DNA of 64,000 bases, from sequence record AP019418.1. One strand, written 5' to 3'. Under the pieces are notes generated by a model. The model was not told the DNA's origin, did no database searches, and was given only the letters and a program-made list of their open reading frames with translations. The first letter of the stretch is position 1; every line of letters begins with the position of its first letter. This document shows positions 10,574 to 28,081 of the stretch, in pieces. The position numbers and the translations under genes were made by a program.

Positions 10574-11812
10574 ATGGCAACTATTAAAGAAGTCCTTGAT
10601 AGAAATTTTAAGGATGTTCAATTTGATCGCGATTTATGTAAAAGAATTATTGACTTTACTATCAGTTTTATGAATAGGAATGCTGATCACTCTGCTTTCT
10701 TTGGTGGTGTATTACTAGGTGTACAACAAGTTAAATTCTTCGATACGGATCGTGAGATTTGGTATGATGATGTTTTACGAATTGATGAAGCTCTGTTAGT
10801 CCAAGATTTTAAGACAGTTGAATTCATTGACCCTAACCATCGTGTAATGTCAGATGTATTCAATCATCTTCCTGCCTATATTTGTTCTAGGCTTTTAAAA
10901 ACAACTAATGTTCCTTTGAATATTAGACATGAAGCAATGGTTAGTTGTTTCATGGTGTTGCATTTTAAATATCTAACATCTTTACTTGTACCACGCTTTA
11001 AATATCCTGCACGTAAAGAAGTAGCCGAAGCTGCATTCGCTGCACTCAATTATCGATTTGACATTAAGACAATTGGGTCATGGGAGAAACTATTTAGGCA
11101 ACGGGCTGAAGGTATCATTGCACCTGATTCTATTTATGCACCTTTCTTAACTGGTAAAACACAAGAACTGGATTATTGGTCTGGTCGTGTGGTATCTGAT
11201 ACTCAAACACGTCTACGTGAATTAATCAACAAGTACTATGATGTTTATATCAGAACACTACAATCAGGTGGTAAATTAGTTATTTCATCAGACATGGCTG
11301 TTAATTCTGATGGTGAGCAGATTCTACGCGATAAGTCTACTGGGTATCGCTCATATCTTACTTATATCCATCAAGTTGCGCAACAAGAACAAAATTTCAT
11401 TAGACCTGAGCTAGTCGGTATTATTGAAAAGATAATGCCCACAATGCCTCCAGAAATGTTCATGGCAACGCTTAGACACCTTTCCCGTAACATCGGTCAA
11501 CCTAGAGCACAAAAGCTTGAGAAACTCGTAGATGAGTGCTTATTGTATGCTTTCGATTATATGCAATCACTCCGTACAATGGTTGCTAGAAATAATGATC
11601 TACAAACATTGCTTGTAAAAATACGAGCAAAGATAATGGCATCTAAAACAGAAAATGCTCAAGTTATTTTCATGCGTGAAGAAGGTGAGAAGTTAGTTAG
11701 GGATGCGACTAATTCTAGGGTACCTGCATATATCGCAGCAACTAGGACTGGGTTGATGTTGTATTTAATTCTACGTGCTATGACTAAGAATTACTATACA
11801 AAAACAAAATAA
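10574..11812 (+). CDS. conserved phiKZ-like virion structural protein (gp032-like)
   Basis: GGAGG RBS before MATIKEVLD; long helical protein; synteny with sheath and tube. Confidence 0.7.
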   Translation: MATIKEVLDRNFKDVQFDRDLCKRIIDFTISFMNRNADHSAFFGGVLLGVQQVKFFDTDREIWYDDVLRIDEALLVQDFKTVEFIDPNHRVMSDVFNHLPAYICSRLLKTTNVPLNIRHEAMVSCFMVLHFKYLTSLLVPRFKYPARKEVAEAAFAALNYRFDIKTIGSWEKLFRQRAEGIIAPDSIYAPFLTGKTQELDYWSGRVVSDTQTRLRELINKYYDVYIRTLQSGGKLVISSDMAVNSDGEQILRDKSTGYRSYLTYIHQVAQQEQNFIRPELVGIIEKIMPTMPPEMFMATLRHLSRNIGQPRAQKLEKLVDECLLYAFDYMQSLRTMVARNNDLQTLLVKIRAKIMASKTENAQVIFMREEGEKLVRDATNSRVPAYIAATRTGLMLYLILRAMTKNYYTKTK

Positions 11813-11819
11813 ACATAAT

Positions 11820-11840
11820 GCCCTCCCGCAATGGGAGGGC
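11820..11840. terminator. bidirectional GC hairpin terminator
   Basis: GCCCTCCC-GCAAT-GGGAGGGC between convergent genes; reverse-complement twin of the 2120 hairpin. Confidence 0.8.
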
Positions 11841-11858
11841 TTATGCTGTTAAGTAACA

Positions 11859-12221
11859 TTAGCTAGATTGATCATTACATAAATTTTTCAGAGCATCGTA
11901 AATAGCCACATAAGTAAAAATAGTTAAACTATCTTTAATTTCCTTACGCGGGGTACCACTGAATCCACCCCATGATACATTTGTATTACTAACGCATACG
12001 GTGCTAATAGCTGGCTCATGATAGCCACCATCTACTTTACGCTTTGCATAAACCTTAGCAGTAATCTCTCCACGTAACTTTTTGAAGAAAACTAGAGCAC
12101 CCGGAACGACTATACGTTTATTACCAATCTTCGTAATAAATTCTTTACGATTAGTAAAATGCTCTTTTAATAAATCATTAATAATTTTAGTTAAACTATC
12201 AATTTCATTCTTCATTGACAC
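11859..12221 (-). CDS. hypothetical protein
   Basis: 120-aa ORF overlapping upstream gene. Confidence 0.65.
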   Translation of the reverse strand: MSMKNEIDSLTKIINDLLKEHFTNRKEFITKIGNKRIVVPGALVFFKKLRGEITAKVYAKRKVDGGYHEPAISTVCVSNTNVSWGGFSGTPRKEIKDSLTIFTYVAIYDALKNLCNDQSS

Positions 12222-13408
12222 GTTGTTAGTTCCTTACAAATAAACTTGATAACGTGATCACTTACAAATTTCAATGGACCAGAACAATTAGATTTCTCAA
12301 TAGCAGTTTCAGTGTATGAAATTATTTGATTTCCACTTAAGGATAATGAATCAAATAATTCATAAGAGTTATTATTTTTATTCTTAAAGGATACTGCATA
12401 TTGACTATTTTCATTATTGATGCAAAATAGGTTAATAGCTGGGATAGATACAGGGTTATCTGAGGTATAGCTATTCTCCGTAACATTCCAACTGCTATGT
12501 ACATTGAAAATATTTGCAGCTAGTAAAAGATTGGCATTAACTGTTTCTAAACTAACATACTCCACAGAAGTACCTTTATGCCAATATAGTTCAATTGGAT
12601 TAACCCAAGTATACCCAATGGTTTTATAGAAGGCGTACATTACATATTCGCGCCAACGTTTGGGTTTCTTATTATCAGTTAAAACACACGTAATATTGCC
12701 TGACGGATAAATGTGGTGGATACTACATGCATTAATTTCATCTCTAACATTAGTTGTTTCAGTAATGTTAGAATGATCTTGTTCGAATAGCCATTTTAAA
12801 TGAGCACTAGTTGTATCATCACCATCCCCATTTGTAATGTCATTTTCTAACCACTTTTCAAATGTAGCTTGTCTATCAGGTGTTGGCATTCCCCAATAGG
12901 TGGCTAGAATGAAACGATAATAGTACCGAATAATATCATCATCGTTAAGAATATTTTTATCCAGTTTCCAGTAATGTTGGTACTCGTAAGCTTCACTTGG
13001 AATATTATTTACTTGGTACCATGTATTAATTAATACTTGAATTGTTAGTTGCCGAATACTTTCACTTGTTAGAGTGTAATATTCCCTACTATGCGGCTCT
13101 TCAATTGTCACTTCTTGATCAGTATAACCAATATATTTAGGTTTACCATCGATGAGTGCAAAATTAACATTCCATGATGTATCATTACTAAAGGTGATAT
13201 TAATAAAACCTTCTTCAAAACTAGGCTTCACTACAAAACTGACATCATCCTTCTGATATGTCATTTGTGTTAGAATACCAAAATTAATTTTAGATGTAAA
13301 TTCTTTATCGAAGTTATGTTTATAAAGTAATCCTAGTAAACAATCAATTTTATTAATAGTGTGGTTTTCTAATAATAAATCAGTATTTGTAAGTTCATTA
13401 ATTTTCAT
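12212..13408 (-). CDS. hypothetical early protein (gp031 position)
   Basis: 398-aa ORF, GAGG RBS, early promoter upstream. Confidence 0.75.
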   Translation of the reverse strand: MKINELTNTDLLLENHTINKIDCLLGLLYKHNFDKEFTSKINFGILTQMTYQKDDVSFVVKPSFEEGFINITFSNDTSWNVNFALIDGKPKYIGYTDQEVTIEEPHSREYYTLTSESIRQLTIQVLINTWYQVNNIPSEAYEYQHYWKLDKNILNDDDIIRYYYRFILATYWGMPTPDRQATFEKWLENDITNGDGDDTTSAHLKWLFEQDHSNITETTNVRDEINACSIHHIYPSGNITCVLTDNKKPKRWREYVMYAFYKTIGYTWVNPIELYWHKGTSVEYVSLETVNANLLLAANIFNVHSSWNVTENSYTSDNPVSIPAINLFCINNENSQYAVSFKNKNNNSYELFDSLSLSGNQIISYTETAIEKSNCSGPLKFVSDHVIKFICKELTTCQ

Positions 13409-13461
13409 TTTAACCTCTCTAAAATTTACAATCTAGTTTTACTTATTGAATAAGCAAACAT

Positions 13462-13478
13462 GTAATATATATCTTAAT
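13462..13478 (-). promoter_or_regulatory. phiKZ-type early promoter
   Basis: ATTAAGATATATATTAC on minus strand. Confidence 0.7.
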
Positions 13479-13509
13479 TATTTTTTAGCATAGTTTTTAA
13501 CAACATAAA

Positions 13510-13527
13510 GCCTCCCCGAAGGGAGGC
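13510..13527 (-). terminator. terminator of the sheath-tube operon
   Basis: GCCTCCC-CGAA-GGGAGGC (UUCG loop on minus strand). Confidence 0.8.
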
Positions 13528-13535
13528 GATATGCT

Positions 13536-13717
13536 TTAGCTTTTTTGGTTAGTACCGACAGTCTGCTCATTCTTTTCAGTTTGAGCATTTCGCCGAAGTT
13601 GACTAACCAGACCATTGCCAGCCGCAACTACATCGGGAGAAAAGAATGCATTGATATCAAAGTTCTGATCTTGGTTGCGAGTCTTCCCAGGTGGGACCAT
13701 CGGATATACTTTTGCCA

Positions 13718-13718
<1 letters not shown>
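13536..13718 (-). CDS. small protein coupled to tail tube gene
   Basis: 60 aa, TAATG overlap with tube stop codon. Confidence 0.6.
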
Positions 13719-14602
<884 letters not shown>

Positions 14603-14630
14603 ACTTTTCCTCATTCTGAAAGCCACCCAC

Positions 14631-16769
<2,139 letters not shown>

Positions 16770-16846
16770 CTAACAGTCAATCATAGATATTAATCATAGT
16801 TGACCATACTAGTTATTTTTTACTATCCATTTAAGGAGTAGCGGTA

Positions 16847-22177
<5,331 letters not shown>

Positions 22178-22184
22178 ATATACT

Positions 22185-22209
22185 GCCCCCTAGGAACCAC
22201 CTAGGGGGC
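22185..22209 (+). terminator. terminator
   Basis: GCCCCCTAGG-AACCA-CCTAGGGGGC followed by TTT. Confidence 0.8.
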
Positions 22210-22316
22210 TTTATAACGTCTTTTAACACATTATCCATATGAGACTATACTTTACAATTGCCGTTCAATACGGCTTTATTATGGCACATTAAAATAAGTA
22301 CCTTAAAGGGCAGTGT

Positions 22317-24470
22317 ATGGACGTTATACTTTTCAATAGTGATTGGGATAAATACTACAGCGCTAGTGTTGATCTTACTACTAAAAATAAATCTTTTATA
22401 AAGTTAGCTTTAACTTATAAAAAGATGGGTATTAAAAATTACAAATTTATACTAGCTATATTGGACCAAGGTTTAATTGGGGTGGATCCATATGACCCTA
22501 ATCTTAGCGAAGAAATGAAGTTCCGTATTAACATGGAATGCAAATATAATCCTTGGTATTTTTTTAGGGAAGTGGCAAGAATCCCCCCTAACTCGGGTAA
22601 TAACCCAATTCCATTCCAAGCTAACCGTGGTAATATTGCTTTATTCTGGTGTTATTTCAATCACGTAGATTTTGGTTTATTACAGCCTCGTCAGACAGGT
22701 AAGTCCGTATCAACTGACGTGCTCAATACAGGCATGATGTATATCTGGGGTGAGAACACTAAGATTAACCTTATTACTAAAGATAACAAACTACGCAATG
22801 CTAACATTGAGCGTCTAAAAGTAATGCGTGATTTGTTACCAGAGTATATCCACTATACCGATCCATTAGATGCAGATAACTCTGAATTGATGACTTGTAT
22901 TAGACTAGGTAATAGGTATCTAACAGCTGTTGGTCGAAATGATGTTAACGCAGCTGATAAATTAGGCCGTGGTCTTACTGTACCGAATATGCACTTTGAC
23001 GAACTTGCCTATATTAACTTAATTGGTGTTTCACTACCTGTAGCACTTGCATCTGGATCAGCGGCTCGTGACGAAGCCCGCCGTGAAAATCAGCCGTATG
23101 GTAACATCTATACAACTACAGCTGGTAACATTACTACCCGTGACGGTGAATTTGCGTATCGCTTCTTAACAGGTGGTTGCCCATGGTCTGAGGAATTCTT
23201 CGATCTACCGGATCAGAAAACTCTGCATCGTGTTGTAGAGAAAGGCACTACTGGAAAGAAACCTCTAGTTTACGGTGCATTTAACCACCGTCAATTAGGG
23301 CGTACTGACCAATGGTTGTATAATACCCTTCGTGAATCTGGTTCATTTGGTGAAATTGCAGATAGGGACTTCTTTAATATTTGGACAGTTGGTGGTGAAG
23401 GCTCACCCTTATCGTCAGATGAGAAAGATAAACTTAAAAACAATATGCGTGAGCCAAGCTGGACAGAAATCACGGATGATGGTTACACACTTCGTTGGTA
23501 TATACCAAAAGAAGAAGTAGCCTCACGGATGATGAAAGGTAGGTTCGTTATGGGTACCGACCCATCTGAACTTCTTGGTGAAGATAATGACGCCACCGGC
23601 ACAGTTGTAGTTGACGTAGAAACACATGAGGTTATGTGTGTTGGTAGATACAATGAATCATCAGTGCCATCAATGGGTAATTTCTTTGCAACAATGCTAT
23701 TGAGATATCCTAATATTCTTTGGATACCAGAACGTAAATCAATAGGTATATCGTTAATTGACCATGTTATCTTGATTCTACATACTAAAGGAGTAGATCC
23801 ATTCCGGCGTATCTTTAACAGAATTGTCAATGAATCATCAGAAAGAGAAAATGATTTCAGAGACATTCAAACTCCGTTATCAACAAGACAACCATCGTTC
23901 TATGATAGGTTTAAACGTTATTTTGGCTATGCAACGTCAGGTACTGGCGAGTATTCTCGTGATAATCTATTTAAGGTGGCATTACCATCAGCAATGCATT
24001 ATGGGGTAAGGACCATCTATGATAAACCACTTAGCACGGAGTTATTAGCACTTACTATCCGTAATGGTAGAATTGACCATGCTAAGGGGAACCATGATGA
24101 CTTAGTGGTATCATTATTATTAGCCCATTGGTTATTAATACAAGGTAAGAATTTATCTTATTATGGTATCAATGTTCCCATCTTAGGTAAATCAAAATTA
24201 CGTGATAAAGAACCAAGTCAACTTGAAAAATATCATGAAGAGAAAGAACAGCAAGGTCGCAAAGAATTTGAAGAGATAATTGAGCAGCTTCGCGGTGAAA
24301 AGAACCCGATGATTGCAGCTAAATTAGAAATGCGTTTGAAACAATTGTCTAAACGTGTTAATATTGATGATAGCAGTGGTGTAGGTATTGATGCCATGTT
24401 AAATCAAGCTCGTACAGAGCGTACACGTAGAGTGCGTATTAACAGATATTCTAGAAATAGTTGGTATTAA
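22317..24470 (+). CDS. terL: terminase large subunit (gp025-like)
   Basis: Walker A PRQTGKS, Walker B MHFDE, coupling TTA, nuclease GTDPS and HDDLV motifs. Confidence 0.93.
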   Translation: MDVILFNSDWDKYYSASVDLTTKNKSFIKLALTYKKMGIKNYKFILAILDQGLIGVDPYDPNLSEEMKFRINMECKYNPWYFFREVARIPPNSGNNPIPFQANRGNIALFWCYFNHVDFGLLQPRQTGKSVSTDVLNTGMMYIWGENTKINLITKDNKLRNANIERLKVMRDLLPEYIHYTDPLDADNSELMTCIRLGNRYLTAVGRNDVNAADKLGRGLTVPNMHFDELAYINLIGVSLPVALASGSAARDEARRENQPYGNIYTTTAGNITTRDGEFAYRFLTGGCPWSEEFFDLPDQKTLHRVVEKGTTGKKPLVYGAFNHRQLGRTDQWLYNTLRESGSFGEIADRDFFNIWTVGGEGSPLSSDEKDKLKNNMREPSWTEITDDGYTLRWYIPKEEVASRMMKGRFVMGTDPSELLGEDNDATGTVVVDVETHEVMCVGRYNESSVPSMGNFFATMLLRYPNILWIPERKSIGISLIDHVILILHTKGVDPFRRIFNRIVNESSERENDFRDIQTPLSTRQPSFYDRFKRYFGYATSGTGEYSRDNLFKVALPSAMHYGVRTIYDKPLSTELLALTIRNGRIDHAKGNHDDLVVSLLLAHWLLIQGKNLSYYGINVPILGKSKLRDKEPSQLEKYHEEKEQQGRKEFEEIIEQLRGEKNPMIAAKLEMRLKQLSKRVNIDDSSGVGIDAMLNQARTERTRRVRINRYSRNSWY

Positions 24471-24491
24471 AAAAAAAAAATAATAATACGT

Positions 24492-24516
24492 TACCCTCTT
24501 CGCAATGAAGAGGGTA
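24492..24516. terminator. bidirectional terminator
   Basis: TACCCTCTTC-GCAAT-GAAGAGGGTA between convergent genes. Confidence 0.8.
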
Positions 24517-24523
24517 TTTGAAG

Positions 24524-24808
24524 TTAAGCAACTCTAGCGAACAAAAGATTACTGGAGTTAGAATTAATATGATAGTTAGACGATCCGTCAATCCATTTAG
24601 CATCGGAAATCTTGTTTACAAGCTGACCATCGCCAATGTAACCTAGGAAAGTTTTATTATCATATACAGCAATTTTGATTAGCTCATTTCGTCCGTAGAC
24701 TAGTGGCTTACCATTGAATGCTGTTACTTCTAAACCAGACATGTATCCATAAATTGGATCAGGTCTGGAACTTGTTTCAAAGACTTTCATTCGAAGTCTC
24801 CTATGCAA
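24524..24808 (-). CDS. small hypothetical protein
   Basis: 94-aa ORF; start may be MKVFE at 24790. Confidence 0.6.
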   Translation of the reverse strand: MHRRLRMKVFETSSRPDPIYGYMSGLEVTAFNGKPLVYGRNELIKIAVYDNKTFLGYIGDGQLVNKISDAKWIDGSSNYHINSNSSNLLFARVA

Positions 24809-24856
24809 GAAAACCCATTTTGGGTAAAAATGTCAAGTTTAAGCTTGACGACATAT

Positions 24857-24882
24857 AGCCCTCCTGTTGCACCAGGAGGGCT
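24857..24882. terminator. GC hairpin terminator
   Basis: AGCCCTCCTG-TTGCAC-CAGGAGGGCT. Confidence 0.7.
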
Positions 24883-25017
24883 AATCTTTTTCAGAACTTA
24901 CGTTATTATTATGATTTACGATAGCTATCTCGTAAGTTCTATTTAATGATGTAAACTAGTTTAGAATCCCATTAGTTATTAAACTAATGGGAATTCCTTT
25001 ATACCGTTTAACTGAGT

Positions 25018-25248
25018 TTAGGAAAAATTGAAAACGATTTCATTATCATGCCACTCCCAAGTGGCTACAACGATAGATTCATCACCTCGCTTCAACAACT
25101 TACCCTGACCAAGTACATGTTGATCGATCCACGTCAGTGGTCGACCTTCTTGTTCGGCCAATGCATTTAATACGGCTCCATAAGTACCAGCCTTATAATT
25201 ACCATAAGGGCCATTATACATTTTCGTTGTCATGGTTGATTCTTTCAT
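25018..25248 (-). CDS. small early hypothetical protein
   Basis: 76 aa, TAATG coupling. Confidence 0.6.
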   Translation of the reverse strand: MKESTMTTKMYNGPYGNYKAGTYGAVLNALAEQEGRPLTWIDQHVLGQGKLLKRGDESIVVATWEWHDNEIVFNFS

Positions 25249-25766
25249 TAGTAATCGGATGGTTGATTGATGTTAATTGGATCGCTCCAACCATAAATAC
25301 TGACGCACTTAGGATCACGTTTACGCCACCGAATCGCATCAAACAGTCGCGAACAATTAACGGATACATATTCCCACACAGATTCATCTGGACACGAGGG
25401 ATCATTATTAAAGATGCCGTAGACCGCTTCATTACCTGTATGCGTTTCGCGAACAACCAAATTTACATGTAATGACCTATCTGAATTTGGAAAACGGTAT
25501 ACCAGATTCATCCCTTCATCTTCACAGATAACAGCTACAATATGACGAATCAAAGAATACCGTAGATTACGAATTTCGAACCATGTATTTGGTGAGGCTG
25601 TACGCAATTGATCAATAATCTTGTCAGCTTTTCCACCAGCATAGATCACATCGCTCAGACCAGAATAACGAATCCAATGAAGGATTTCTTTGAGATTCGG
25701 TGTATTCAATGCATCGGAACGATCTGACACTCGTTCAATTATATCAAACAATTTTTGCATATCCAT
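25248..25766 (-). CDS. early hypothetical protein
   Basis: 172 aa, GGAGG RBS. Confidence 0.7.
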   Translation of the reverse strand: MDMQKLFDIIERVSDRSDALNTPNLKEILHWIRYSGLSDVIYAGGKADKIIDQLRTASPNTWFEIRNLRYSLIRHIVAVICEDEGMNLVYRFPNSDRSLHVNLVVRETHTGNEAVYGIFNNDPSCPDESVWEYVSVNCSRLFDAIRWRKRDPKCVSIYGWSDPININQPSDY

Positions 25767-25769
25767 GAT

Positions 25770-26012
25770 TTATACCTCCAGGTGTTTCATCAGATCAGGA
25801 AGATGGATTGCGTCGAAGTTGCCTAGCTTCTGACGCTCGAACGCCTCCAATGCAACTGCTGTTTGCCAGAACGCCTCTTGGTATTCTGGGTGGTTGTTGA
25901 TGATATTGTAAGTGGTTTTATGTGGACCGACTTCACGAGTATAGTCGTCTTGGGTATATTGGTGTGCCAATACCATTTCAACCTGTTCTTTAGTTACATA
26001 GAACTTCTTCAC
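25770..26012 (-). CDS. small early hypothetical protein
   Basis: 80 aa in coupled run. Confidence 0.65.
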   Translation of the reverse strand: MKKFYVTKEQVEMVLAHQYTQDDYTREVGPHKTTYNIINNHPEYQEAFWQTAVALEAFERQKLGNFDAIHLPDLMKHLEV

Positions 26013-26040
26013 TTATACATCCACCAGTACCATGATGACC

Positions 26041-26376
26041 TCAGATATTTACCATGTTCGTGAAGTCGGTGTAGTTGTAGCCGGTATTCATATCGAGGTA
26101 GTCTTGTTCGACCATGTCGTCATTCAGGTACTTGATGTAAGCCTCGGCGTGAGCAGTGGCTACCGACTTGGTGAAGAAGTAACGAGCGTGTTGACGGTTC
26201 TGTTCGAACTGATACCGGTTGGTAGTGGTATGGCCGCCGAAACCATTGACCTCCATTACCCCGTAAACAGTACGATCATCCAGAGTAGTGATCTGTGCAA
26301 CCACTACACGAGAAGCATTTTCCGAATGGTCGATGAACGCCATGCTGTAAATCTCGATGTCTTTGAAGTCTTCCAT
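26041..26376 (-). CDS. early hypothetical protein
   Basis: 111 aa, AGGGA RBS. Confidence 0.7.
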   Translation of the reverse strand: MEDFKDIEIYSMAFIDHSENASRVVVAQITTLDDRTVYGVMEVNGFGGHTTTNRYQFEQNRQHARYFFTKSVATAHAEAYIKYLNDDMVEQDYLDMNTGYNYTDFTNMVNI

Positions 26377-26407
26377 TATAATTCCCTGTTAAAAATTGAA
26401 TAGATAA

Positions 26408-26427
26408 CCCCTACCTTGAGGTAGGGG
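26408..26427 (-). terminator. GC hairpin terminator
   Basis: CCCCTACC-TTGA-GGTAGGGG. Confidence 0.7.
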
Positions 26428-26437
26428 CTTTATGTCG

Positions 26438-26554
26438 TTACTTGCTGTGCAGCTTTTCTTCGCGCACAGCGTCTGTTAACTGACGTGGTGGGTTGAGTTG
26501 ATCAGGCATGAGCTTCCGGAGATTCTCCAGACCGATTATTTTCTTCTTGAATAT
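26438..26554 (-). pseudogene. 38-codon ORF with strong RBS but ATA at the start position
   Basis: AAAAGGAATATTTCA-ATA mirrors AAAAGGAATATTTCC-ATG at 55699; frame IFKKKIIGLENLRKLMP... is open to TAA before the terminator. Confidence 0.4.
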
Positions 26555-26575
26555 TGAAATATTCCTTTTGATATA

Positions 26576-26848
26576 TTAAATAGTTTTGATTATTTCGGTG
26601 TGAATAAGAGAGTTGAAACGAACATCGAACGTGCCGTACATATCCGATGTTAGTTCCTCGAAGACTGGACTATCCATGAATAGTTCCAGTGCGCGACGAG
26701 CCGCAAGACGCTTATCGCCTTCACCATTAGCACCGGGATAAACCGAACTACCCTCACCTGGCTTAGCAAAGCCATCAAAGACATGTGACTCGCCTTCACG
26801 GTCAGTCACAGTTGCTTTAACGGAATAGCCTGCGTAACGGAGTCCCAT
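26576..26848 (-). CDS. small early hypothetical protein
   Basis: 90 aa from the TAATG overlap at 26848. Confidence 0.65.
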   Translation of the reverse strand: MGLRYAGYSVKATVTDREGESHVFDGFAKPGEGSSVYPGANGEGDKRLAARRALELFMDSPVFEELTSDMYGTFDVRFNSLIHTEIIKTI

Positions 26849-27081
26849 TAGTCGTCCCATCCTTTTACTTCGTACCAGAGACAGGCACTATTGTATTCAA
26901 CAATGTAACCGTCTTTACGGAGGATTTTCGCTTGACGATTATTCATCTTCCCTTCAACTGGCGTATTCTCATTGTTGTAATCGAAGTTTACCACTGAATC
27001 ACCAGCGAGCGCCCGTTGCTTAATTTTAGCATGGATTGATTCCATTTTATAAAGAAGTTCACGCAGCTCTTGTAATGTCAT
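26848..27081 (-). CDS. small early hypothetical protein
   Basis: 77 aa, coupled. Confidence 0.65.
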   Translation of the reverse strand: MTLQELRELLYKMESIHAKIKQRALAGDSVVNFDYNNENTPVEGKMNNRQAKILRKDGYIVEYNSACLWYEVKGWDD

Positions 27082-27299
27082 GTAACTACACCTACAATAA
27101 AGACTCGACTGATTTCATTAAGGTATGCAAGCATTAGGAGAATACCTGCCCAAATAACAATTTTTCGAGTAGTCTGTTTTTCTATTACACCTGGGTGTGA
27201 TTCATGAATACTACGGTAACAAAATACATAAAACAGACACAGACTCATTGTGATGAAAATAATGGTAAACCAACCTAAATAGATCATTTTCTTCACCAA
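27078..27299 (-). CDS. small membrane protein (2 TM)
   Basis: Hydrophobic segments IYLGWFTIIFITMSLCLFYVFCY and IVIWAGILLMLAYL. Confidence 0.65.
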   Translation of the reverse strand: MVKKMIYLGWFTIIFITMSLCLFYVFCYRSIHESHPGVIEKQTTRKIVIWAGILLMLAYLNEISRVFIVGVVT

Positions 27300-27370
27300 T
27301 TGGATTTATGTATTTAGGAGGGAGTTAACACAACGTGTCGAAATTGTGTTAACTCTTTAACCTATGTTAG

Positions 27371-27640
27371 TTAGCTCTGATTACCCACTGCCATGATTTC
27401 GACATGGTAGGGCTTATCAGAATTATGCCCAATGCAAGTCTCGCATTTGAAGATACGCCAGAACCCATAAGAAGGGAGTTCACGGTTTTTCACATACATG
27501 TAATCATGTGCAGCCGCGAGGTACTTTTGTTGGATAGAGAATTCACAAGTGATATAACCTTTCTCACGAATGAACTCTTGAGTCATCTGATCAAAAGTCT
27601 TTTTGAGTTCATCAGTAAGATCGACTTGGATTGCGAACAT
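27371..27640 (-). CDS. small early hypothetical protein
   Basis: 89 aa, AAGGA RBS. Confidence 0.7.
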   Translation of the reverse strand: MFAIQVDLTDELKKTFDQMTQEFIREKGYITCEFSIQQKYLAAAHDYMYVKNRELPSYGFWRIFKCETCIGHNSDKPYHVEIMAVGNQS

Positions 27641-27677
27641 TAAAACATTCCTTTTAGTATATTGAATAATAATAAAT

Positions 27678-28049
27678 CTATTGTTTTGTCAATAGAAAGA
27701 TCTCTTTTAAAGCTGCATCAATCTGATGATACGGCCATGAATCAACACGAGGTTCATCACCAAGGTATGTCCAAAGTTGGATACCTTGAAGTTTATTGTA
27801 GAATACCTTGATTTTGATTCCTTCGTGGCCAACAAGACCTTCAATGTAAGCTACACCATGTACGTATGTAGCCCTAAGTGCGTACTCACTATCTTCACTG
27901 TCGCGCTGCATATATCTGGAATAGATGAAACTCTCATGATCAAATGGATCAGCTTGAACAATGTGGTCAAAAAATTTCTTTAGTTCAGATTTTTCAATAT
28001 TGGTCATTACATTATCCTCATGATTATTGAAATGATTTATTAAGTCCAC
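27678..28049 (-). CDS. early hypothetical protein
   Basis: 123 aa, GGAGG RBS. Confidence 0.7.
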   Translation of the reverse strand: MDLINHFNNHEDNVMTNIEKSELKKFFDHIVQADPFDHESFIYSRYMQRDSEDSEYALRATYVHGVAYIEGLVGHEGIKIKVFYNKLQGIQLWTYLGDEPRVDSWPYHQIDAALKEIFLLTKQ

Positions 28050-28081
28050 CTCCTAGAAGATAGACTTAATACTATTCGATG

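Noticed and set aside
22317-24470. Possible intron or intein in the terminase (and in nrdA/nrdB)
   Set aside because: Frames are continuous with all motifs in order; no HINT (C/S...HN) or homing endonuclease motifs seen
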